Source: Betaproteobacteria bacterium RBG_16_66_20 (GTDB taxonomy: Bacteria > Pseudomonadota > Gammaproteobacteria > Burkholderiales > SG8-39). Taken from it: 46,053 nt of DNA. Position 1 is the stretch's first letter. Each line of letters begins with the position of its first letter. The position numbers and the translations under genes are program-made. The stretch lies in the NCBI GenBank assembly GCA_001770285.1, contig MEQQ01000140.1, positions 5,589 to 51,641 on the forward strand, in the 5' to 3' direction. The notes beneath the pieces were generated by a model. That model ran no database searches. It saw only the letters and a program-made list of their open reading frames with translations, and had not been told where the DNA came from. Positions 12,185 to 20,135 of this stretch are shown piece by piece.

Positions 12185-12241
12185 GCGGGCCGCAGCGCTG
12201 CCGCCGCTTCCCGGTCATTCGGCCTTGAAGCCGATGGGGGA

Positions 12242-13027
12242 GTGATCGAAGCGACGGCAAGCGGGGCGTTGCTGCGCGTGCTGAACGTCGGTGTGCGCTT
12301 TGGCGGCATCGTTGCGCTCGACGATGTCTCCTTCGACGTGCCCTCGGGAAGCATCGTCGGCCTGATCGGGCCGAACGGCGCGGGCAAGACCACGCTGTTC
12401 AACTGCCTCTCGCGCCTCTACCAGTGCGGCAGCGGCGACATCGTTTTCGACGGCAGTTCGCTGCTCAGCGTCCCGCGCCACCGCGTTGCGGTGATCGGCA
12501 TCGGCCGCACTTTCCAGAACCTCGCGCTGTTCCGCACCATGACGGTGCTCGAAAACATCATGGTCGGCCGTCATTGCCGCACGCACAGCGGCTTCTTCGT
12601 CAACGCGCTGCGCCTGCCCGCCGTCGCAAGGGAAGAGCACGCCACGCACGACAGTGCCCGCGCGCTGCTCCGGCTTCTCGATCTGGAATCACTCGCCGGC
12701 ACGCGGGTCGCCGAATTGCCCCTCGGCACGCAGAAGCGCGTCGAGCTGGCGCGCGCGCTCGCCTCCGAGCCGAAGCTGCTGTTGCTCGACGAACCGGCGA
12801 GCGGTTTGAACCACGAGGAAGTCGGCGCGCTCGGCAAACTGATCTGCGATATCCGCGAGCGCCTCGCCCTCACGGTGCTGTTGGTCGAGCATCACATGAG
12901 CCTGGTGATGAGCATCTCGGACCGCGTCGTGGCGCTGAATTTCGGCAGGAAGATCGCCGAGGGCACGCCCGCCGAGGTGCAGCAGCATCCGGAACTATTA
13001 CAGGCATACCTCGGGAGCACAGGCTAA
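12242..13027 (+). CDS. Liv-type ABC transporter ATP-binding protein (LivG-like)
   Basis: GPNGAGKTT, RTFQN, LLLLDEPASG, VEHHM. Confidence 0.92.
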   Translation: MIEATASGALLRVLNVGVRFGGIVALDDVSFDVPSGSIVGLIGPNGAGKTTLFNCLSRLYQCGSGDIVFDGSSLLSVPRHRVAVIGIGRTFQNLALFRTMTVLENIMVGRHCRTHSGFFVNALRLPAVAREEHATHDSARALLRLLDLESLAGTRVAELPLGTQKRVELARALASEPKLLLLDEPASGLNHEEVGALGKLICDIRERLALTVLLVEHHMSLVMSISDRVVALNFGRKIAEGTPAEVQQHPELLQAYLGSTG

Positions 13028-13737
13028 TGGCGTTGCTTGAGACCGCCAACCTGCACGCGGCCTACGGCCAGACCCGGGTGCTGCACGGCATCAGCTTTTC
13101 GATGGAGGAAGGCACGATTACCACGCTGCTCGGCGCCAACGGCGCCGGCAAGACGACCACCTTGCGCGCGCTCTGCGGCATGGTCCGGACCGAAGGCGAA
13201 GTGCGCTTCGGCGGCCAGCGCATCGACGGGCGCGCCACCGAGGACATCGTGCGGCTGGGAATCGCGCATGTGCCGGACGGCCGCGGGACTTTCGTCAACC
13301 TCACCACCGAAGAGAACCTTCGGCTGGGCGCCTACACCCGCAAGGACCGCGCCGCGATCGACGCCGATCTTGAACGCGTCTATGGCTACTTCCCGCGGCT
13401 CGGGGAACGGCGCGCCCAGCAGGCGGGCACGCTCTCCGGCGGCGAGCAGCAGATGCTGGCGGTATCGCGCGCCCTGATGCTGCGGCCCAGGCTGATGCTG
13501 CTGGACGAGCCCTCCTTCGGACTTGCGCCGCTCATCGTGCGGGAACTGTTCGGCATCCTGCGCGCGCTGAACCAGAAGGAGCACGTCAGCATGCTGCTGG
13601 TGGAGCAGAACGCGGCGATGGCGCTCGACCTCGCCGACCACGCCTACCTGATCGAAACCGGCCGCGTGGTGCTGTCCGGCACCAGCGGCGAGATCAAGAG
13701 CAACGACGCCGTTCGGCGTTCGTATCTGGGCTACTAG
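13027..13737 (+). CDS. Liv-type ABC transporter ATP-binding protein (LivF-like)
   Basis: ATG overlaps the upstream TAA (TAATG); GANGAGKTT, LSGGEQQM, LDEPSFGLAP, VEQN. Confidence 0.92.
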   Translation: MALLETANLHAAYGQTRVLHGISFSMEEGTITTLLGANGAGKTTTLRALCGMVRTEGEVRFGGQRIDGRATEDIVRLGIAHVPDGRGTFVNLTTEENLRLGAYTRKDRAAIDADLERVYGYFPRLGERRAQQAGTLSGGEQQMLAVSRALMLRPRLMLLDEPSFGLAPLIVRELFGILRALNQKEHVSMLLVEQNAAMALDLADHAYLIETGRVVLSGTSGEIKSNDAVRRSYLGY

Positions 13738-13745
13738 GCGCGCAC

Positions 13746-14618
13746 GTGGAACCATTCATCCACCAGGTCCTTGCCGGGCTCGCCACCGGCGGCATCTACG
13801 CGAGCGTCGCGCTGGCGCTGGTGATGATCTACCAGGCCACCCATCTGGTGAATTTCGCGCAGGGCGAACTGGCCATGTTCTCGACCTATATCGCCTGGAG
13901 CCTGATCAACGCCGGCATGCCGTACTGGGGCGCTTTTTTCCTGACCGTGGGCTTGTCGTTCGTGCTCGGCGTCGTGATCGAACGCGTCGTGATCCGACCG
14001 GTCGAGAACTCCCCGGTGCTGGCGGTGGTGGTCGTGTTCATCGCACTGCTGGTGATACTCAACAGCGTCACGGGCTGGATCTACACCTTCACCATCAAGA
14101 CCTTCCCCAGCCCGTTCCCGGGGCAGCCCCTGTTCGGCAACAAGTACATGTCGTCGCACGAAATCGGCGCCATCGGCGTCACCCTGGTGGTGCTCCTGCT
14201 GCTGTACGTGTTCTTCCGCTTCACGCCGCTCGGGCTCGCGATGCGGGCCGCCGCGCAGAATCCGGAATCGAGCCGCCTGGTCGGGATCCGCGTCGGCTGG
14301 ATGCTTGCGCTCGGCTGGGGTCTTGCGGCCGCGATCGGCTCGGTGGCAGGCATGATGGTGGCGCCGATTGTCTTTCTCGATCCCAACATGATGGGCGGCG
14401 TGCTGCTCTACGCGTTCGCGGCCGCGCTCGTGGGAGGCATAGACAATCCGGCCGGCGCGGTATTCGGCGGTTTCCTCGTCGGGGTGCTGGAGAACGTGCT
14501 CGGCGCATTCGTCATCGGCAACGAACTCAAGCTCGCAGTGGCGCTGGTGCTGATCATCGGCGTGCTGACGGTGCGGCCTTCGGGCTTGTTCGGCAAAGTC
14601 CACGTGACGCGGGTATGA
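13746..14618 (+). CDS. Liv-type ABC permease (LivH-like)
   Basis: VNFAQGE, GLAMRAAAQN, RPSGLFG; multiple hydrophobic segments. Confidence 0.92.
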   Translation: MEPFIHQVLAGLATGGIYASVALALVMIYQATHLVNFAQGELAMFSTYIAWSLINAGMPYWGAFFLTVGLSFVLGVVIERVVIRPVENSPVLAVVVVFIALLVILNSVTGWIYTFTIKTFPSPFPGQPLFGNKYMSSHEIGAIGVTLVVLLLLYVFFRFTPLGLAMRAAAQNPESSRLVGIRVGWMLALGWGLAAAIGSVAGMMVAPIVFLDPNMMGGVLLYAFAAALVGGIDNPAGAVFGGFLVGVLENVLGAFVIGNELKLAVALVLIIGVLTVRPSGLFGKVHVTRV

Positions 14619-15589
14619 GCAGACGCAGCCTGGCCGGATTCGCGATCCTTCTGCTGCTTGCCTGCGCGCTGCCGTTCATGGTCAGCGAGTACCGCAGCTT
14701 CCAGTTCACGCTGGTCCTGGTCTATGCGATCGCGCTGCTCGGGCTGAACATCCTCACCGGTTACAACGGCCAGATCTCGCTCGGCCATGGCGCCTTTTAT
14801 GCGATCGGCGCCTACTGCGCCGCGATCCTGATGGACAAGTACGGCGTTCCCTACTGGGCCACGATCCCGGTTGCCGGCGCCGTATGCCTCGCGGCGGGGT
14901 TCCTGTTCGGCCTGCCCGCGCTGCGGCTCGAAGGCCTGTATCTTGCGCTCGCCACGTTCGCGCTCGGCGTTTCGCTGCCGCAGCTCCTGAAATACCACCA
15001 CCTGGAGGAATGGACCGGAGGCGTGCAGGGCATCACCATTCAGAAACCGGACGCGCCCGCCTTTTTCGCCGAGTTCGGCCTTGCGCTGGACCAGGATCAG
15101 TGGCTGTACTTGTTCACCCTGGCGGTTGCAGTCGTCATGTTCGTGCTTGGCTGGAATCTGCTGCGTGGCCGCATCGGCCGGGCGATGGTCGCGATACGCG
15201 ACAACCACGTTGCCGCCGAGGCGATGGGTGTGAATAATGCGCTCATAAAATCGCTCGCCTTCGGCGTCTCGGCCATGTACACGGGGATCGCGGGCGCCCT
15301 CGGCGCGATCGCGGTGCAGTTCGTCGCACCCGACAGCTTCAACTTCTTCCTTTCGATCACCTTGCTGGTCGGAATCGTCATCGGCGGACTGGCATCGATC
15401 CCGGGCGCCCTGTACGGTGCGCTGTTCATCCAGTTCGTGCCGAATATCGCCGATGAGATCTCGAAGGCCGCGCCGTGGGCGATTTTTGGCCTGTTCCTGA
15501 TCGGCTTTGTGTACCTGATGCCCGCCGGCGTCGCAGGAGCCGTGCGCATGGCCGTAGCACGGCTGGGTCGGAAAAGGCAAAATACCTGA
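14615..15589 (+). CDS. Liv-type ABC permease (LivM-like)
   Basis: GYNGQISLGHGAF, LRLEGLYLALAT, GRAMVAIRDN, IGGLAS; ATGA overlap with the upstream gene. Confidence 0.92.
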   Translation: MSRRSLAGFAILLLLACALPFMVSEYRSFQFTLVLVYAIALLGLNILTGYNGQISLGHGAFYAIGAYCAAILMDKYGVPYWATIPVAGAVCLAAGFLFGLPALRLEGLYLALATFALGVSLPQLLKYHHLEEWTGGVQGITIQKPDAPAFFAEFGLALDQDQWLYLFTLAVAVVMFVLGWNLLRGRIGRAMVAIRDNHVAAEAMGVNNALIKSLAFGVSAMYTGIAGALGAIAVQFVAPDSFNFFLSITLLVGIVIGGLASIPGALYGALFIQFVPNIADEISKAAPWAIFGLFLIGFVYLMPAGVAGAVRMAVARLGRKRQNT

Positions 15590-15614
15590 TGTTCCATCGA
15601 AGGCGGAGACCGTC

Positions 15615-16820
15615 ATGAAGCTGAAGCTGATGCCCGTTGCGGCCCTGCTCGCCGCCGCGCTCGCGAGTCCGGCGGCGCTGGCGCAGAAGAAGTACGACCC
15701 GGGCGCCTCCGACAAGGAGGTTCTGCTTGGCCACATCAATCCGTATAGCGGGCCGGCATCCGCCTACGGAACGATCGGCAGGGTCATCGCCGCGTACTTC
15801 AAGAAAGTGAACCAGGAAGGCGGCGTCAACGGCCGCATGCTCAACATGATCAGCTACGACGACGGCTACAGCCCGCCGAAGACGGTCGAGATGGCGCGCA
15901 AGTTGGTCGAGCAGGACAAGGTGCTGCTGATCTTCCAGCCGCTCGGCACGCCGCCGAATTCGGCGATCCACAAGTACATGAACGCGAAGAAAGTGCCGCA
16001 GCTGTTCGTCGCCACCGGCGCCACCAAGTGGAACGATCCGAAGAAATTTCCCTGGACCATGGGCTGGCAGCCGAACTACCAGACCGAGGGCAAAATCTAC
16101 GCGCAGCACATCCTGAAGACCAGGCCCAATGCCAGGATCGCCGTGCTCTACCAGAACGACGATTATGGCAAGGACTACCTCAAGGGCTTCCACGACGGGC
16201 TGGGCGCCAGGGCGAAGGCGATGATCGTCAGGGAGGCCTCCTACGAGGTCAGCGACCCGACGGTCGATTCGCAGATGGCGCAGCTGCAGGCTTCGGGCGC
16301 GGACACCTTCTTCAACATCACGACGCCGAAGTTCGCCGCACAGGCAATCCGCAAGGCCTGGGATAGCGGCTGGAAGCCGGTGCACTACCTGAACAACGTT
16401 TCGGTCGGCGTCGGCGCGGTGCTCAAGCCCGCGGGGCTGGAGAAAGCGGTCGGCCTGATCACCACCAACTACATCAAGGACCCGACCGATCCGCAATGGA
16501 AGGACGACGCGGCGATGAAGGGCTGGACGGATTTCATGCAGAAGTACTACCCGGAGGGCGACCTGACCGACAATACCAACGTTTACGGTTATGCCGTCGC
16601 CAAGACCCTGGCGCAGACGATCAAGCAGGCCGGAAACGACCTGACGCGCGCCAACGTCATGCAGCAGGCGGCAAGCCTGAAGAACTTCGAGGTCGATGTC
16701 CTGCTGCCGGGCATCAAGATCAACACCAGTGCGAGCGACTTCGCGCCGATCGAATCGGTGCAGCTGGCGAGGTTCGACGGCAAGACCTGGGTGCGCTTCG
16801 GCGAAGTCATGGGCAATTAG
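15615..16820 (+). CDS. Liv-type ABC substrate-binding protein (periplasmic binding protein type 1)
   Basis: Signal peptide ending ALA-Q, SGPASAYG, GGVNGR, DDGYSPPKT, YQNDDYGKD; SD GGAGA. Confidence 0.9.
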   Translation: MKLKLMPVAALLAAALASPAALAQKKYDPGASDKEVLLGHINPYSGPASAYGTIGRVIAAYFKKVNQEGGVNGRMLNMISYDDGYSPPKTVEMARKLVEQDKVLLIFQPLGTPPNSAIHKYMNAKKVPQLFVATGATKWNDPKKFPWTMGWQPNYQTEGKIYAQHILKTRPNARIAVLYQNDDYGKDYLKGFHDGLGARAKAMIVREASYEVSDPTVDSQMAQLQASGADTFFNITTPKFAAQAIRKAWDSGWKPVHYLNNVSVGVGAVLKPAGLEKAVGLITTNYIKDPTDPQWKDDAAMKGWTDFMQKYYPEGDLTDNTNVYGYAVAKTLAQTIKQAGNDLTRANVMQQAASLKNFEVDVLLPGIKINTSASDFAPIESVQLARFDGKTWVRFGEVMGN

Positions 16821-16834
16821 GGGAAAGGAAATAC

Positions 16835-17236
16835 ATGGACAAGAGAAACCACAAGGAGCGCCACGAGGCCGGCCTGAAGACGCGCCGCGAGGTGCTGGGC
16901 GCGGAGTACGTCGACAGGTCGCAGGCGGCGGCGGACGACTTCAACCGGCCGTTCACCGAACTGCTCAACACCTACTGCTGGAACGACGTCTGGAACCGGC
17001 CGGGACTGTCGCGCAAATCGCGCTCGATGCTGAATCTGGCGATGCTTTCCGCGCTCGGCCGGACGCATGAACTGAAGCTGCACGTGAACGGCGCGCTCAA
17101 CAACGGCCTGACCAAGGAGGAGATCCGCGAGGTGTTTCTCCAGGTGGCGATCTACTGCGGCGTGCCCGCCGCCGTGGAGAGCTTCCGCTGCGCGAAAGAA
17201 GTCTTCAAGGAGCGCGGTCCTTCGCCTAAGGCATGA
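16835..17236 (+). CDS. Carboxymuconolactone decarboxylase family protein (PcaC-like)
   Basis: GLKTRREVLGAEYV, VWNRPGLSRKSRSM, ELKLH, EIREVFLQVAIYCGVPA; SD AGGA; ATG at 16835. Confidence 0.85.
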   Translation: MDKRNHKERHEAGLKTRREVLGAEYVDRSQAAADDFNRPFTELLNTYCWNDVWNRPGLSRKSRSMLNLAMLSALGRTHELKLHVNGALNNGLTKEEIREVFLQVAIYCGVPAAVESFRCAKEVFKERGPSPKA

Positions 17237-17867
17237 TCCAGCCGTGCTGGTAGCCCTGGATCACGGGCGCGCAGCCGATCTTGGCAAAGAACTCCGCGAC
17301 ATAACCGCCCTTGCCCGCGACGCCGTAGTCGTGGACGATCATCTCCCGGCCCTTGAACTGCACCAGGGCCTGATTCCTCGCTGTATCGTCGACCACAATC
17401 AGGGTGCCGCTGGCGAGCAGCGGCATGATCGCGCACAACTCGTGCAGGTGATGCAGGGCGGCAGGATGCGGGTTGCGCCAGTCCAGGTCGAAGGAATCCA
17501 GGTAAAGGAGGTCGATGCCGGATTCGTCGGACCGGGTCAACTCCCTCAGATAGGCGACGCTGTCCGAACAGGTGACGGTGACCTTGCTGCTCACCCTGCC
17601 GCGAAGCCAGGTACAGGCGTCCTGGCTGATGTCGACCGTCCGCACGCTGCCGCCCCAGTGGTTGACGAAGCGATCGAACAGCAGCGTGCTCTGGCCGTCG
17701 CCATACCAGTTGCCCTCCGCCCTGGCGCAGCCGGTTTCCACGATCGTGTAGCTGGATTTCTCCATCGCCTCGAGGATCGCGAATGCCTGGCGAAAGGTTT
17801 CGCCGCGCAAGCCCAGCTTCTCGGCGTACTCGGCGTCGTATATCGGGAGAAAGGAAGTTCCGGCCAC
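17226..17867 (-). CDS. Class I SAM-dependent methyltransferase-like protein (Methyltransf_24-like)
   Basis: IVETGC motif I, SVRTVDI, DSVAYL, IDLLYLDS, GTLIVVDD. Probable GTG start at 17867 with GAGG upstream; the ORF track starts at 17930. Confidence 0.7.
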   Translation of the reverse strand: MAGTSFLPIYDAEYAEKLGLRGETFRQAFAILEAMEKSSYTIVETGCARAEGNWYGDGQSTLLFDRFVNHWGGSVRTVDISQDACTWLRGRVSSKVTVTCSDSVAYLRELTRSDESGIDLLYLDSFDLDWRNPHPAALHHLHELCAIMPLLASGTLIVVDDTARNQALVQFKGREMIVHDYGVAGKGGYVAEFFAKIGCAPVIQGYQHGWIMP

Positions 17868-17880
17868 CGGTTCTGCGACC

Positions 17881-19242
17881 TCAGGTGGCCGAGCGCTGCT
17901 GCTGCAGGCCGAAGGTCTGCTCCATTTCACGGCGCAATTTCACCGCGGGCAGGCTGGCCTCGAAGGCGACGTCGCCCCAGCTGAGCGCCTGACCGGCGGC
18001 GACCGGCCGCAACAGCTTCCAGCCGTGCGCGAGGCCGAGCGGCAGGCAGCCCTGCGCCAGCGAAGCCTGCGCGGGCATCAGGCGCCCGACCACGGTGTAC
18101 CCACCCTCACCATCGAGAATTTCGCTTTCATTCAAATCTTTTTTTGCAACTGCAACAGCGTCCGCACGCCATCCTGTCGCGCAGCCGGTCGGCTCGCCGC
18201 GCAAGCCCACGGAGGCGACCGAAATGCCGACCTCCAGCCCGATCAGGTGCCAGCGCTTGTACATGCAGGCGTAACGCCCCGACGGGTCGGTCTGCACGCC
18301 GTACTCGGAAAAGCAGCGCCGGATGTACTCCGATTCGCCCTCGAACACCACCCAGACGCCGAAGCGGATGTCGTAGGGAATGACCCTGCCGTCGCGCTCC
18401 AAAGACGACACCACCTCGACCTGTCCCTTGTGGTGCAGTTGCCCGCCTTCCTCCCGGGGCCGCATCACGCTTGGCAGCTGATCAATGGAACAAGCTGGAA
18501 AAGAAAGGCCAGCGGGCGCCGGCGTCAAACCGGTGGCGTTGCACACCGCGCTCGCTTCGATCGCCGGCTTGGAGCCATCGAGAAAGGAATTGAACATCTT
18601 CGGATTGAGGCCGCCGACGCTGGCCTGCTCCGGCGTGAGCCCGTAGTAGCCCCACACCGTCTCGGGCGTGGATTGCGCATAGTGCGGCAGCCACTTGTGG
18701 CCGCGACCTGCCGCAACGACCGGAAAACCCGCCGCGCGCGCCCAGTCCACCAGATCGCAGATGAGCGCCGGCTGGTCGCCGTAAGCGAGGCTGTAGACGA
18801 CCCCGGCCTGCCTGGCGCGCTGCGCCAGCATCGGCCCGCAGAACGCATCGGCTTCGACCGTCACGTTGACGACATGCTTGCCGTTCCGGAACGCGTCCAG
18901 GATGTGCTCGACCGCAGCCACCGGGTTGCCGGTCGCCTCGATCACGATGTCGATCGAAGGATGCGAGACCAGCGCCTGCCAGTCTTCAGAAATGTGGGTA
19001 ATACGGTTCTTGAGCGCGTGTTCAATTGAAGTTCCAGAATAATTTCCGGGACTCCAGCCAACGCGGCCTAGATTCGTCTTCGCATTCTCCGGAGAAAGGT
19101 CTGCGATCGAGACCAGATGCACGCCCGGGGTGCGCGGCACCTGCGCGAGATACATCGCCGCGAATTTTCCCGCGCCGATCAAGCCGATGCGGATCGGTTT
19201 ACCCTGGTTTTCTCTTTCCTGCAGTTTTGCGTAGAGGTTCAT
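17881..19242 (-). CDS. NAD(P)-dependent oxidoreductase with C-terminal SAF domain (COG4091-like, predicted homoserine dehydrogenase-like)
   Basis: IGLIGAGKFA Rossmann motif, IEATG, AYGDQP, MFNSFLDGSK, SAF region AKKDL...LDGEGGYTV...LPLGLA. ATG at 19242 overlaps the upstream stop (ATGA). Confidence 0.85.
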   Translation of the reverse strand: MNLYAKLQERENQGKPIRIGLIGAGKFAAMYLAQVPRTPGVHLVSIADLSPENAKTNLGRVGWSPGNYSGTSIEHALKNRITHISEDWQALVSHPSIDIVIEATGNPVAAVEHILDAFRNGKHVVNVTVEADAFCGPMLAQRARQAGVVYSLAYGDQPALICDLVDWARAAGFPVVAAGRGHKWLPHYAQSTPETVWGYYGLTPEQASVGGLNPKMFNSFLDGSKPAIEASAVCNATGLTPAPAGLSFPACSIDQLPSVMRPREEGGQLHHKGQVEVVSSLERDGRVIPYDIRFGVWVVFEGESEYIRRCFSEYGVQTDPSGRYACMYKRWHLIGLEVGISVASVGLRGEPTGCATGWRADAVAVAKKDLNESEILDGEGGYTVVGRLMPAQASLAQGCLPLGLAHGWKLLRPVAAGQALSWGDVAFEASLPAVKLRREMEQTFGLQQQRSAT

Positions 19243-20084
19243 GCCGCCTCCAGCGCTCCCTGCAGTTCTTCGGCCGGCGTGCCGTCCTTCCAGGGCAGCG
19301 GCACGTCGTAGGGCTTGCGCAGGCAGTCGTCCGGCAGGCACCGGATCGGCGCGAAATCGCGGTGCGCGATGTAGCCGGGCCGCTTGAAGCGCCGGATGTG
19401 GTTCGACACCGCGCACAGCGACAGATACACGCTGACCCGGTTCCAGGGCGACAGGTTCGAGCCCGAGGCATGCACCAGGCAGCCATGGAACAGGATCATC
19501 GAGCCGGCCGGCCCTTTCGGCGCCACGATGCCGCCGTGTTCGACCAGTTTCCCTATGCTTTCGTTATTTATGGTCCAAAGCGGATAACTCGTCGTGCTGG
19601 TGTCGTGCTGCGCCTCCAGCACGCCGAGTGTGTGGCTGCCGGGGATCAACATCAGCGGCCCGTTGAATTCGTTCACTTGGTCGAGGAAGATCGCCACGTT
19701 CATGGCGCGCGCCTCGGGCATCTGGTCGTCGTTGCGCCAGGTGCCGTAGTCCTGGTGCCACTGCCAGAGGTCGCCGTCGAACGCCTGCTTGCCGTTGATC
19801 TTGAACTGGTGCATGTAGACGTCTTCGCCGAACACCTGCTGCACCGGCTCGACCATGCGCGGGTGGCGCGCCAGCCGCGCGAAAGGCGCGCTGTACATGT
19901 GCGCCGCGAAATTGGTGCGCACGACATCGCCGGTCTTCTCGCGCACGTTCTCGGGCCGGCGCTGGGCGTAGAGCGCGGGCACCTCGTCGGTCAGAACCTT
20001 GATTTCCTCCGGCGTGAACAGACCGGGAAAGAACAGGTAACCGTCGCTGTCGAAGGTGTCGAGCTGGGCTTGCGTCAGTTTCAT
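19239..20084 (-). CDS. Fe(II)/2-oxoglutarate dioxygenase, PhyH family (EctD/proline hydroxylase-like)
   Basis: QFKINGK, WQWHQDYGTW (H-x-D), NGPLMLIPGSH, GPAGS..FH...VHAS..N...R; SD GGAGAGG before ATG at 20084. Confidence 0.88.
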   Translation of the reverse strand: MKLTQAQLDTFDSDGYLFFPGLFTPEEIKVLTDEVPALYAQRRPENVREKTGDVVRTNFAAHMYSAPFARLARHPRMVEPVQQVFGEDVYMHQFKINGKQAFDGDLWQWHQDYGTWRNDDQMPEARAMNVAIFLDQVNEFNGPLMLIPGSHTLGVLEAQHDTSTTSYPLWTINNESIGKLVEHGGIVAPKGPAGSMILFHGCLVHASGSNLSPWNRVSVYLSLCAVSNHIRRFKRPGYIAHRDFAPIRCLPDDCLRKPYDVPLPWKDGTPAEELQGALEAA

Positions 20085-20102
20085 GGGCAACCTCTCCAAG
20101 CT

Positions 20103-20117
20103 TGTGTATTATAGATT
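20103..20117. promoter_or_regulatory. Overlapping divergent -10 elements (TATAAT on minus at 20108-20113; TATTAT or TAGATT on plus)
   Basis: The only AT-rich core in the 51-bp spacer between divergent genes, both of which have strong SD sequences. Confidence 0.55.
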
Positions 20118-20135
20118 TTCCTGAGGAGGAGACCG

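Noticed and set aside
12217-12237. Small hairpin TCGGC-CTTGAA-GCCGA next to the livG SD
   Set aside because: A 5-bp stem in GC-rich DNA is within chance expectation, and there are no riboswitch features.
11889-12240. tRNA-Asn as the integration site of a genomic island
   Set aside because: No integrase, no duplicated tRNA 3' end seen in the window, and the downstream genes have host-like codon usage.
12424-13026. ORF-track N-terminal extensions of LivF, the CMD protein (16496), the SAF oxidoreductase (19416), FtsB (22496) and the SDR (33824)
   Set aside because: They overlap upstream genes or promoter regions; downstream starts with coupling or SD signals and family-typical N-termini fit better. 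There is no evidence for frameshift fusions.
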